Positions 11,572 to 24,110 of a DNA stretch of 64,000 nt are shown in pieces (positions within the stretch are counted from its first letter, which is position 1; each line of letters begins with the position of its first letter). The notes under the pieces were generated by a model, which saw nothing but the letters and a program-made list of their open reading frames with translations, searched no databases and was not told where the DNA came from. A program made the translations under genes and the position numbers. Origin of the DNA: Blepharisma stoltei ATCC 30299 (lineage: Eukaryota > Protista > Ciliophora); the NCBI GenBank assembly GCA_965603825.1, contig CBFDEM010000024.1, positions 248,001-312,000 of the forward strand, written 5' to 3'.

Positions 11572-11934
11572 ATGGTAGGTTGGAAATTTGAACTGTTTGA
11601 CTGTCAAGAGAACTACTTTATGTTTTTCTGGGCACTTTGTGTTCCTTGTGGATATCCCTGCATGCAAATGTTTTCAGCCAAATATGCAGAGCCAAATAAC
11701 AGACATGCATCTCTAAGGGCTTACTCATTAGCTTTATTTTTAGGGTGTTTTGGAGGTTCTATAAATCGTCATATGCTTAGGAATTCAATGAAGATTGAAG
11801 ACAAACCAATTTGGGATTTTATACACTGCTTAGTTCCCTGTTGTGCTGCGACACAAGAATGAATGCACGTTATGAGCATTCAAAAAGGTAATCCAAGGCT
11901 AAAGATCACTGAGCTTAAAGTCAATCGCATATAA
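11572..11934 (+). CDS. PLAC8/cornifelin-like cysteine-rich protein
   Basis: W..ELFDC, CVPC, NRHMLR, HCLVPCCAATQE-W(TGA); frame continues to TAA at 11932-11934. Confidence 0.8.
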
Positions 11935-12788
11935 AATATTTAACTAACCTAATTAAGAAAAATTATTTGATCACTCTCTTTCAAAAAGCAATTTACTTAG
12001 CTTAGTTCAAGTACAATAACAAAAATTTTATTATTAAAAAGAGAAAAATTGGCATTGAGAGAAGATCATTTGGGATTTATAAAAAAATTAACAGTAAGAC
12101 ATTTCTATTTAATATTTATTTATAGCAAATAATTGTTTTAGATTTTACAAGTACAATTGTGTAACTTAGAAATAAATCATCTATAAATTTTACTGAATAG
12201 CAGATGGGATAAAAAATTGATTTAAATTATGATTTAAATAAAGTTTTTGAACTTTTTGAGAAGGGAAACTACAATTTTAAACCAAAATGATAATAATTAA
12301 TTTTATTAAAATTTCTGGATTGGCTTAGAGTGAAAAAAATTATAAGATTTATATCAAATTTGGTATTTTTTGTGCTCTATTTAAGCAAGATATTTAATTA
12401 AATCCAACAGCGACGATATCCTTATCTTCCTATAATAAATTGAATCTATAGTAATTGTTCTATCATGATAGAGCTTTTAAAAACAAATCTATATTTTATC
12501 AACCTAAAATTTTTTTATTTAAATTTTTTCATATAAATTATTTTATCCACAAGAAATAGATATCCAATTTATAAGCAATTATGCTAAAAATCATATTAAA
12601 ATTGCTTGAAAGCGATAATGCGATATAATAATATTTATTTTTGCAAAGATAGATAATTAAATTATAGGCATCATAAGTGAATGGTTCCATGCTTGATCAT
12701 ATGAAAATTATTAGATCAAGGATGGGCTTAATTTTTCCTAATTTTTAAAAAATTTTCAATGGCGATTTTCGATGAAGGATGGGTGGTG

Positions 12789-13266
12789 TTAATCAAGTTG
12801 GGCTTTTTGATCAAGCTATTACTATCTCATTAGTTTGTAAAAGATGGAAAGGAATAATATTTAATCAAAACCATAGGTCATTCTTCTATTTCATAGTATC
12901 TAAAATTGAGCCATTGATATCAACTGAAGCCTTTTTCAAATGAAAATACAATAGCAAGCACTTATTCATAGTATATACGGCATAGAAGCTAGATATTTAT
13001 AGGGAATACAGCGCTTTGATATATTGCTAAGTATGAGAATATTGATAGCTTGAAATATTTAATTGAAAAAGAGCAAATGCAAATAATGCAAGAAATAAAA
13101 ATTCAAAATGAATAGCAATTTTATTAAAAATGGCTATAGAAGGAGGAAAACAGATTCTGCTATTGAATTAATTGATTTAGGCGTGGAATTGCAAGCATTT
13201 GGTAAAAGTTGTCTCATACCTTTAGAATGTGAGAAGCCTGAGGAAATATTGAGAGAAAAGCTATAG
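12789..13266 (+). pseudogene. Decayed, internally deleted copy of the F-box/LRR/ankyrin family
   Basis: DNA similarity to the F-box 5' part (caagttgg..gatcaag..gtttgtaaaagatggaaaggaataat) joined directly to the ankyrin part (aaattgagccattgatatc...gctaga...ttgctaagtatg...aaatatttaattgaaaa) of the genes at 18346-27390. Multiple stops and indels. Confidence 0.75.
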
Positions 13267-13409
13267 TATATAAAAGTTTTGTATTAAAAAAATCATTAAT
13301 TTTAGTTTATCGGAGAAGAACCAAGCGTTGGAGAAAGTTGGGAAGGAAAAAGTTTGTTAACCATAAAGTAATAGTTAGCAATAGTAATTTTAGTTTATCA
13401 ATATGGAAA

Positions 13410-16400
13410 TTATTTTAAGCCAAAACCCTCTAGCTCACAGCCTTCAGAAGAAAGCTCACCCTTTGAGTTATTAGGGACTGCTATCCCTTCTCTAGTATTA
13501 ATTTCAGCAGTTTTCCGATTTTTGATTTTTCTAATTAATTTCAATATCAAGAGATAGTAACTATATAGTAGAAATATTAAAGTTGCTGAAGTCGCAATGA
13601 TTTGGCAAGTCTCTCTTGCAGAGACAGATAATTTTGTATCTATAAATGGTATTACTACTATAAAAAGTATAGTAACTAAAACTTCTGATGAGATTTCAGC
13701 CTTATTATCAAAATTATCTTTATAAGGTCTGAATTTGATCAAAAAGATTAGCGTCAGCAATGAGCAACAAGCATTAAAAATTGATTGGATCAAAGGCCAG
13801 TCATACAAGTTGTAAAGAGATATAACATAAACTGTTCTTCTAATAAAGAATATAGGAAAATAGCACATACTCAAAATCCCTTTCTCACAATGAAAGACTT
13901 CCACCAGTGTCGAAAATTTTTTGTAGAATTTTTCATTTTTCAGTACAATATTTTCTTTATTATTCCTTAAAATCAAAAATATAAGTGCATTCATAGCTAA
14001 ACTCAAAATAAATAAAATCCATGCAATAATAAAATCTAGCACAAAATCTGGGTCGTTTCCATTATAATTATTCATTCCAATAACAATCCCGCAGAAAGCT
14101 AGAATATAAATTTCAACCAATAGTCTAATTAGTCAGTTGTACTTGAAATTCACTAGCACTTTATCACTGAGCAATATTTTGACTTTTTGATTAGGAATAA
14201 ATTCATGTACAATTCAAATTATATTCCATATCGTTAAAAATACAAGAGACAAAAATATCATACCTCCTGCAGATATAAAAAATAATCCTGACTTGTAGCC
14301 ATAAGTGCTAAACCTTGAAAGCGGCATATTTCCTACTTCAGATCTCCCATAAATCATAGCTCCTAAATTTGGAATCCAAGTATATGAAATAAATCCTTTA
14401 AACATATTATATAAATCTGTTGGGATTTGTATATTTTGTAAAGGGATAAAAGCAATAATCTGAACAGTGTTGACATATGTTCATAATGTAGTGGATTTCC
14501 TAAACATAATATAAGACACTCCACCATAAAGTAGTAATAAAGAAGTTAATATGGTTTGAAAAGTCCTCGGAAATATATTTGCTACAAAATTTTCTGCAGT
14601 TTTGCTATCATCATTTGAACTTGAAATATTATGGGTAAAAAGACGCTGCTGTATAGCTGATCCAGAAATTCCATATTTTGGGGACGTAATATAAACTTGA
14701 AGTGTTCCTTTATCCAAATTTGAAGGATTAAAGCTAACAGAAATCTGATATGAAGAAAGAGAAATAAACTCTAATTCGAAAAATGTGGCCGCTTGGTAGT
14801 TGTCAACTATTGTAAGATTTAAATCTGATTCAGTTAGAACTTCTGATAAGTTTTCGCTGAAAGTGAGATATACAACTTTGTTTGAATATTTTTCATCGAC
14901 TGATATATCACTTGAAATACATGCGCCGTATAATTCTTTCATTCCTAAAGGACATACGCAAATGTTTCCTTGAAGAATTTTTGGGGGAAAGCAAGATATA
15001 CAATTTTCAGGAGTGCTTAGGCATGCCTGGCAGCTTGGGTCGCTGCAGTCAGTGCATTGGAAATTCTCTAAAGCAGCAAATCCACAGCTACAGTGTCCAT
15101 CTTCATTCAATATTAACCCTGAATCGCATGATGTACAAGAATACATTCCAGGGCCTGAGCAGGTCAAGCATGAAGGGTCACAGTCTTCGCACTCTATTGG
15201 ACTTTTTTGTGCTAAATATTGGTTAGATTGGCACTCGCAGTATCCATGATACTCATTAATTGTAATCTCTTCATTTGCACAAAGCAAACAGTCATCATAA
15301 TTTGGACCGATGCAGCTGGCACAGCTAGAATGACAATTTTCACAAGTAAATGGATCTTCATATTTAACGTACTGATTGGTAGCAGTGCATACGCAAGATC
15401 CGTAAGAAGAACCTAAAATTCTTGATCCATCCGCACATAGCACACATTCTGAAGATGAAGGGCCAACACAAGTTAAGCAGCTTGGATCACATCATATAAG
15501 ACAGCCAGTTCAGTCATCACATAAAAAGCATGACTGGGATTCGCATAGGTTGCAAACAGTATCATCTCTGACGCATCCAATATTCGAGCATTCTGATTTA
15601 CAGTTTACCCATCCGCTACCATCCCAGTACTTGCTTATACCTTGATTTGGCAGGCAGCCAACAGTTGTAGATGGGCATATTCCACAGCTACAGTATGATA
15701 CATCAATCGTAGTTGGATTATTTGCGATATTCCAAGATTTTAAGCTATAAAGATAGCCATTAAAAAAATTGAAAAAATTTGACATACTTCTTTGTGCCCC
15801 AATTGTTATCGAATAGTCAGAAATTAGGTCTATGAATGCCCCACGAGTAAGCTTAGTGGAGGAAGCTACACCATTTTTATAGAATGTGACAGAAGAATAC
15901 GGGGTGCTATATGATACTGAAAATGCCAAGTTGTATCATTGAGTGCCATCTATTGGGGAATCAGAAATTATAGGAGAAGTTGTTGTAGTTTCTGCTCCAA
16001 GAGTTAGATATAAAATTAGCTGTGGCTTTTTATCACTATTTATTTCAAATTTCATAATTACATCAGGATCTAATACTTGTTTAGACACAATTACTCCTGT
16101 TTGAGTATTCGGTGCATACAGTCAGCTTGATAAGGAAAAATCAGAATTAAACATGACTGATACACCTAAAGGAAATTGCATAAGAGATTGGCCATTGAAA
16201 TAATAACCACGATTTTTGACTGCTTTAGGAGAATCATCGCTATAATTTGGATAAAAAGAATTAGAAGTTCCAGCCATAACATTTGTTCCATGAACTCCAT
16301 CAGAAACTAGCCCTTTTATTTGGTCAAATGTGAATGAAAAAATATAGCCAGAGTTGCTATCAAATACACATTGAGATGATCCATTATCTGAAGAACCTGC

Positions 16401-18299
16401 AGGGCATTGTTTCAAACATGAGGTTGAGGTAGGCCCTAATAAATACCCAGTTTTGCATGTACTGCAAATTGAGAAAGAGCTGCAGCTTAAACAATTATCT
16501 ATGCAAAGAATACAATCAGTGCCACGAACACATGCTTCGGTGCATGATGCAAAAAAGCAAGAGTGGCATGTTTCTGATATAGCTCTATATTGATTATAAT
16601 TTATCCCACAATCAACGCTAGGACATACATTTCCGCTGGGGCATGCTGAGCAATCCCCTTTGCAGCCACTTGTCTTATAATCAGCTTTTAAGTAGCTTGC
16701 CGAATAGCCACTTCAGATAATAAAATCATACAAAAACCCTCTAAACCCTTCATATATGCCTCCAAGAGAACTTGGGAAACGGCCAATAAACAAATCAAAA
16801 CTATCGTAGACATAATAACCACTCACATCATAAACTGGTAAAACAGTTGTAAAGGCAGCTTCATTATTTATAGTAACTGTGAAGTAAGCTAAAAAGTTAT
16901 CTGTAGACTGCGAGGCATATATATAAACTCATTCATCCCACTGGACCAAAATATTATTATTTTCAGCTGTTTGATACACAGGATACTGAAAATCTAGGTT
17001 TAAAAGAAAATAATTACCGCCATTCTGTATACTAAAAATATACCACGGTGAGCTCAAAATATCAAAGTAAAATCACCCAGAAATAACAGTTCAGACCGGA
17101 AGTTGCACATTTGCTTCCATGTAGGAGTAAATGTCAAAAAAGTATCCTTTATTTAGAACAGGAGTTGGAGGCTTTGAGCTTGAATCGTCAGTCGCTAGAT
17201 TTCACCCATATGGAGAAGTGCTCATAGTTTCAGACATTGGCAAATACACTGCATAGGAGCTTGTTTTCGTGCAAACCTTTAGTGTCGAGTCCTCCGATGT
17301 TCCTGATGGGCACATTGAATAGCACATTCCTTGGTATAAGAACTTGCTTCCCGTGCAGCTAGTACACCCAAATCATTTATTATTATCTTGGTTTTCACAG
17401 TATTCACAATTTAGATTGCCGCACCCATATCCTGTAAGGCAATTCCCTTGAGCTGGACAAGCTGAGCAACTTGAGTCGCATCATGTTGTTCAATCCATAT
17501 TTAAATATGAATCATCATACCCAGATGTTACAACAAAATCATACATAAACCCAGTAAACCCTTCTTTATTTTCTGATGAAGGTGGAGTACCAAGATAGAG
17601 TGTGCTTGTTGAATCATGCAAATAATAATCGCTGCCCCATGAGGTTGTTGCTGAAATCGGATTATTTGCATTCATAGAGACTGAAAAGGTAAGATAGGTC
17701 CCATCAAATTTCTTTGAGACTCAAAAATAGGTCCACGCTATAGTAGGAAATGAAGTTGTTTCTGTAACTAATTGATTGAATCCAAGATAATTGTCTTTTA
17801 TATAGACAGACTCAGAATTTCAAGAAAAAATCTGAAGTCAAGAGGAATTTATACGATTCAAATAAATTCAAGCAGAAATAACGTAGTAATAAGGTAGGAG
17901 AGTGTCATATTTCATGCGTGAGCATTTTTGAAAATAAAAACTAGCATACTCACTATCATAAGATGGCCCGTTAGCACAAGGCGAGTCTCAGTCGAGCACT
18001 AATCCTCAACTGTCTGGCGTATTTGAATTATCGAAGTCAAATCATATAGGATTAAAGTTTCCAATGTTGCAAACGCCATTTGTTGCATCTTGGCTTGTTC
18101 CAACCGGGCAAGCGTTTCAACACAAATCTTCATATAAATACAAACCTGACGGACAACCAGTGCATCCAAACCAAGTATTTGAAGAAGAGCTCATACAAGT
18201 TGTACAAACTGCAGATGCTGGGCAAGTAACTTGGAGATCTCGACTGATTGAAGAGCTTTCAGATATCACGATAGACAAGATGAATAAACTTAGTGGCAT
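13410..18299 (-). CDS. Large surface/membrane protein (1629 aa): signal peptide, Cys-rich furin-like repeats alternating with three LamG/ConA-like modules, multi-pass TM C-terminus
   Basis: Seven track ORFs share one frame and are joined by TGA=Trp; the gaps I translated contain no TAA/TAG. CxxCxxxC repeats; repeated (K/R)GYYF...GF.GF.YD modules; WTYVNTVQ-led hydrophobic region with about 7 or more TM helices. Confidence 0.85.
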
Positions 18300-18345
18300 T
18301 ATTTAATTATATGAATAGCTAAATGAATATTATTTTATATAATTA

Positions 18346-20052
18346 ATGGAAAGAATACCAAGGCCAGTTCTTTCTGAAATTTTGAGCCAAGTTGGTGCAA
18401 TTGATCAAATTATTATTCTCTCTATGGTTTGCAAAAAATGAAACGAAATAATTTCTAGCTGAAATCATGAGATATCTTTCCAAAATATCCCCTATGATAA
18501 AGCTCAACCTTGGATAAATCGTTCACATATAACATATGTGCTAACATATAAATTCTTGAAAGCGAAATGAAAATTAGTATCGCTTGACCTTAAAAATGTG
18601 AATGTGGATGTAATAATTCTAGCAAACTTAATCATCGCGCAGCCAAATCTTAGAAAATTGGATTTATGCAACTCCAGAACAGATTTTAAAAAGCTTTCTC
18701 ATTTGCTAAGTCTCAAAAAGTCTGAATGCTTAAAATTAAACAAAATTGAAATTTTCTTTCAACTTGAAGAGCTAATATGTACTAATCTGATTTCATTTGG
18801 ACAATACCTGCTTGATTTTCTAAAAATGTTTCCAAAATTAAAAAAACTGAAAATCGGAAATTGCAGTATAACAATAGATTTATTTATATTTATATTACAA
18901 AATTTCAAAAATATAGAGTTTCTAGAGGTTTCTTTAACAAGCCAAATAAATTCATCTAAATTAGAAGTTTTAAAAGGTGCTCTCCAAAATTCAAATTTAA
19001 AATTTTGACTTGTAAATGCTCCCAGTGAATCAATATTTTTGTTTAAAGATATTAAAACTTGCGTATACAATTATGATGTTTGATTGAAGAAAGAGCTCGA
19101 TTTGGAAGAAATACAGAAATGATTAAAACTTGGAGGAGATATAAACTCATGCTACAAATTTATAAACAATCTGATTGAAAAATATGATGATGATTTCTTT
19201 ATTCAAGCTTTCCAAGTATTTAATAAAAACGGACTTGATAAATGATTTCATCAGTATAGTCAGTTCTCTCCAATTAACTATTGTAATTATATTGCTAATG
19301 CTGCGTTAAAAAGAAAAATAAAATTATTTTGATATCTTTTTGATATGGGCTTCCATATTTTTGATTGCGGATGCTTTGATATTCTGATTTCTTGCCCAGA
19401 AATTATCAATGAATTAATAATTAATCAAAAAAGTAAAATAAAGTTTTCAGGCGAAAAAATTTATAAAGCTGCACAGTTTTTTATGATAAAACAGGACGAA
19501 AAATATTTAATGCCTTTAATTGATCTCATGACTCCTATAAAGCTTGGCTACATAGAAGAAAAAATTATTAAAAAAAATAGATTTCCTCCATCCAAAAAAA
19601 AATTTGAAATACCTAACTACTATAAAGAAATCTCTGGACTTTTCCATATTCCAGATATTGAGCCATTAATATCTGTTGCAGCCATTCTTGGATTGAAAAA
19701 TATAATTGCAGCACTAATTCATGCTGGATTTAATATAGATGCTAGAGATTCGATGGGCAATACAGCTCTTTGTCATGTTGCTAAATATGGGAGTATTGAT
19801 ATTTTGAAATATTTAATTGAAAACGGAGCAGATATAAATAATGCTATAAATATAAAAAAAAGTAAGTCACCAATAAAAATGGCTATTGAGAATGGAAGAG
19901 TAGATTCTGTTATTGAATTGATTAATTTAGGTGCTGATTTTTTAAACAAAGATAATGATGGTCTCACAGCTTTAGAATATGCCAGTAATTTGAATATGCT
20001 TGATATAGTGGAGATATTAAAAGAAGCTGCAGAAAAGATAGAAAATAATTAA
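18346..20052 (+). CDS. F-box / leucine-rich repeat / ankyrin-repeat protein, copy A1 (568 aa)
   Basis: With TGA=Trp, one ORF: F-box-like MERIPRPVLSEILSQV...LSMVCKKW, LRR-like PNLRKLDLCN and PKLKKLKIGNC, ankyrin GNTALCHVAKYGSIDILKYLIENGADIN. Confidence 0.85.
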
Positions 20053-20151
20053 AATTAAAATAAAAATAAAACTTCGAGAAATATTTCAAATACATTTGAC
20101 TTCCATAAAGATTTACCCTCTTATAAATTTAAGCTATATTTGTATTTCCCG

Positions 20152-20343
20152 TTGTTCCAACCGGGCAAGCGTCTCAACACAAATCTTCATATAAATACAA
20201 ACCTGACGGACAACCAGTGCATCCAAACCAAGTATTTGAAGAAGAGCTCATACTAGTTGTACACACTGCAGATGCTGGGCAAGTAACTTGGAGATCTCGA
20301 CTGATTGAAGAGCTTTCAGATATCATGAATACAATTAAGACAT
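20152..20343 (-). pseudogene. Duplicated 5' fragment of the 13410-18299 surface protein gene
   Basis: Near-identical to 18095-18299, but a small deletion and substitutions near the start give ATG TCT TAA. Confidence 0.9.
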
Positions 20344-20389
20344 TATTTAATTATATGAATAGCTAAATAAATATTATTTTATATAATTA

Positions 20390-22096
20390 ATGGATAGAAT
20401 ACCAAGACCAGTTCTTTCTGAAATTTTGAGTCAAGTTGGTGCAATTGATCAAATTATTACTCTCTCTATGGTTTGCAAAAAATGAAACAAAATAATTTCT
20501 AACTGAAATCATGAAATATCTTTCCAAAATATCCCCTATTATAAAGCTGAACCTTGGATAATTCGTTCATATATAACATATGTGCTAACAGATAAATTCT
20601 TGAAAGATAAGTGAAAATTAGTATCGCTTGACCTTAAAAGTGTGAATGTGAATGTAAGAATTCTAGCAAATTTAATCATCGCGCAGCCAAATCTTAGAAA
20701 ATTGAATTTATGCAACTCCAGAACAGATTTTAAAAAGCTTTATCATTTGCTAAGTCTCAAAAAGTCTGAATGCTTAAAATTAAACAAAATTGAAATTTTC
20801 TTTCAACTTGAAGAGCTAATATGTACTAATCTGATTTCATTTGGACAATACCTGCTTGATTTTCTAAAAATGTTTCCAAAATTAAAAAAACTGAAAATCG
20901 GAAATTGCAGTATAACAATAGATTTATTTATATTTATATTACAAAATTTCAAAAATATAGAGTTCATAGAAGCTTCTTTAACAAGCCAAATAAATTCATC
21001 TAAATTAGAAGTTTTAAAAGGTGCTCTCCAAAATTCAAATTTAAAATTTTGACTTGTAAATGCTCCCAGTGAATCAATATTTTTGTTTAAAGATATTAAA
21101 ACTTGCGTATACAATTATGATGTTTGATTGAAGAAAGAGCTCGATTTGGAAGAAATACAGAAATGATTAAAACTTGGAGGAGATATAAACTCATGCTACA
21201 AATTTATAAACAATCTGATTGAAAAATATGATGATGATTTCCTTATTCAAGCTTTCCAAGTATTTAATAAAAACGGACTTGATAAATGATTTCATCAGTA
21301 TAGTCAGTTCTCTCCAATTAACTATTGTAATTATATTGCTAATGCTGCGTTAAAAAGAAAAATAAAATTATTTTGATATCTTTTTGATATGGGCTTCCAT
21401 TTTTTTGATTGCGAATGCTTTAATATTCTGATTTCTTGCCCAGAAATTATCAATGAATTAAAAATTAATCAAAAAAGTAAAATAAAGTTTTCAGGCGAAA
21501 AAATTTATAAAGCTGCACAGTTTTTTATGATAAAGCATAACGAAAAATATTTAATGCCTTTAATTGATCTCATGACTCCTATAAAGCTTGGTTATATAGA
21601 AGAAAAAATTATTAAAAAAAATAGATTTCCTCCATCCAAAAAAAAATTTGAAATACCTAACTACTATAAAGAAATCTCTGGACTTTTCCATATTCCAGAT
21701 ATTGAGCCATTAATATCTGTTGCAGCCATTCTTGGGTTGAAAAATATAATTGCAGCACTAATTCATGCTGGATTTAATATAGATGCTAGAGATTCGATGG
21801 GCAATACAGCTCTTTGTCATGTTGCTAAGTATGGGAGTATTGATATTTTGAAATATTTAATCGAAAACGGAGCAGATATAAATAATGCTATAAATATAAA
21901 AAAAAGTAAGTCACCAATAAAAATGGCTATTGAGAAAGGAAGAGCAGATTCTGTTATTGAATTGATTAATTCAGGTGCTGATCTTTTAAGCAAAGATAAT
22001 AATGGTCTCACAGCTTTAGAATATGCTAGTAATTTGAATATGCTTGATATAGTGGAGATATTAAAAGAAGCTGCAGAAAATAGAGAAAATAATTAA
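20390..22096 (+). CDS. F-box/LRR/ankyrin protein, copy A2 (568 aa)
   Basis: Same length and frame structure as A1; intact with TGA=Trp. Confidence 0.85.
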
Positions 22097-22233
22097 AAAT
22101 TATGCTAGTTAAAATAAAAATTCGATAAATATTTCAAATACATTTGACTTCCATAAAACTTTACCCTTTTATAAATTTAAGCCATATTTGCATTTCCCGT
22201 TAAAATATGTATAATCTTTTCAAAATATTTATA

Positions 22234-23829
22234 ATGGAAAAAATTCCAAGACCAGTGCTTTCTGATATCCTCAGTCAAGTTGGTCCAATTGATCAAGTTA
22301 TTAATTTATCATTCGTTTGCAAATACTGAAAGGGAATAATTGCTAGCTGAAACCATGAGCTAACTTTCCAAAATATTGCCTACGATAAAGTAAAGTATTG
22401 ATTGCGTCGATCATATATAAAAAGAGTGTTAACAAATCAATTTTTGAAGGCAAAATGAAAATTAGCTTCTCTTGACCTTAGAAGTGTGAAGATAGATGAG
22501 AGGACTTTAGTTAATTTAATCATAGCTCAACCAAATCTTAGAAAACTTAATTTGACAAATTCTCTTATCAATTTGAAAAAGCTTTTCTGCTTGCTTAAAC
22601 GTAAAAAATCTAAATACTATAAAACCCATCAAATAGAAATTTATATCAAGCTTGAAGAACTAATTTGAATAAACTTAAATGGCAGCTGTGTGAACCTTTA
22701 TAAAGTATTAAACTGTTTCCCGGGTCTAAAGAAATTAAATATTGCAAACTCCAACTTATCATTACCATTTTTCCATTTAATAATTGAAAACTTTAGAAAT
22801 CTAAGGTTTCTAGAAGCTTCACCTGATAATCTAGTGATCAATAAATACAGTTTAGAAAAAACCAAAATTTACTTAGAACGCTCTAGCTTAAAATTTTGGC
22901 TGACAAATACTCTTGAAGGTTGATCTCATAATCCATTTTCAGGCAATAAAATATCCATCTATAATTATGATGCTTTCTCTGTAGGACAAATTGATTTGGA
23001 AACAGTGCAAAATTGATTAAAACTTGGAGGAGACATAAATTCATGCTATAAACTCATTTATAAGCTGATAGAATATTACGATGATGATTTTCTTATTGAA
23101 ATCTTCCAAATATTTATAAACAATGGACTGGATAAATGATACCATAAATGCTTTGATAATTGCAATTTTTTTTATTATGCAGCAATAAGCAAAAAATCAA
23201 AGTTTTTCTGGTATCTTATGGATAACAATTTTAATTTAGCTTGCTGCAAAAAATGTAATATCTTTAGGTTCCCAGAAATTATTGAAGAACTTTTAATTTA
23301 CCCTACCAAAAATATACCCAATCTTCCGGATGAAAAATTATATGAAGCTGCACAATATTTTATGATAAATAATAAAGAAAACAATTTATTAACTCTAATT
23401 GAACTTATGAGTTACAAGAGCGCTGGCTCGAAGGAGGAAAATTTAATTCAAAGATTAAAGCAACATTCCCTAAAGCGGAGCCTATTTTTAGTGCCGAATT
23501 ATTGAACATATATTTTTGAACTTTTCAAAGTATCAGAAATTGAGCCACTCATATCTCTCGCAGCTATGCATGAAAATAAAAATTTAATAAAACGGCTAAT
23601 CCAGGCTGGGTTCAATATTAATGCTAGAGATAGTGCTGGAAACATTGCCCTTTACTATGCTGCTAAGCATGGGAAATTTGATATTGCGGAATATTTATTA
23701 AAAAAAGGTGCAGACATAAATTATGACTTATCAACTAGTGAGCTTTATGGTTCTCAACTAAAATTAACTATTGATGGAGGAAAAGTGGAGTCTATTTATT
23801 ATCTAATTAACTCAATATCTGATCTATAA
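22234..23829 (+). CDS. F-box/LRR/ankyrin protein, divergent copy B1 (531 aa)
   Basis: MEKIPRPVLSDILSQV...FVCKYW; four track ORFs in one frame joined by TGA; ankyrin GNIALYYAAKHGKFDIAEYLLKKGADIN. Confidence 0.85.
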
Positions 23830-23992
23830 ATAATAAAAACCCATTCAAAATACAATCTCAAAAGATAAGATTGCTTAAAAAAGCATAAAATTGTGCTAGC
23901 ATATTTAACTAGTTAATAAAGCTAAAATTTTAAAGAATTTCGCAATATTCATAAGATCGTTTGTATTAGATCATTAAATAAATGAAATATGC

Positions 23993-24065
23993 TAACTTGG
24001 AGAACTCGAATGATTGAAGAATTTTTAGATATCACGATAGAACTAATTAATATAATTAGTGACAT
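23993..24065 (-). pseudogene. Second, older duplicated 5' stub of the surface protein gene
   Basis: taacttggagaactcgaatgattgaaga..gatatcacgataga..tagtgacat aligns to 18227-18299. Confidence 0.8.
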
Positions 24066-24110
24066 TATTTAATTATATTAATATCTAAATGAAAATTATT
24101 TTAATTATAA

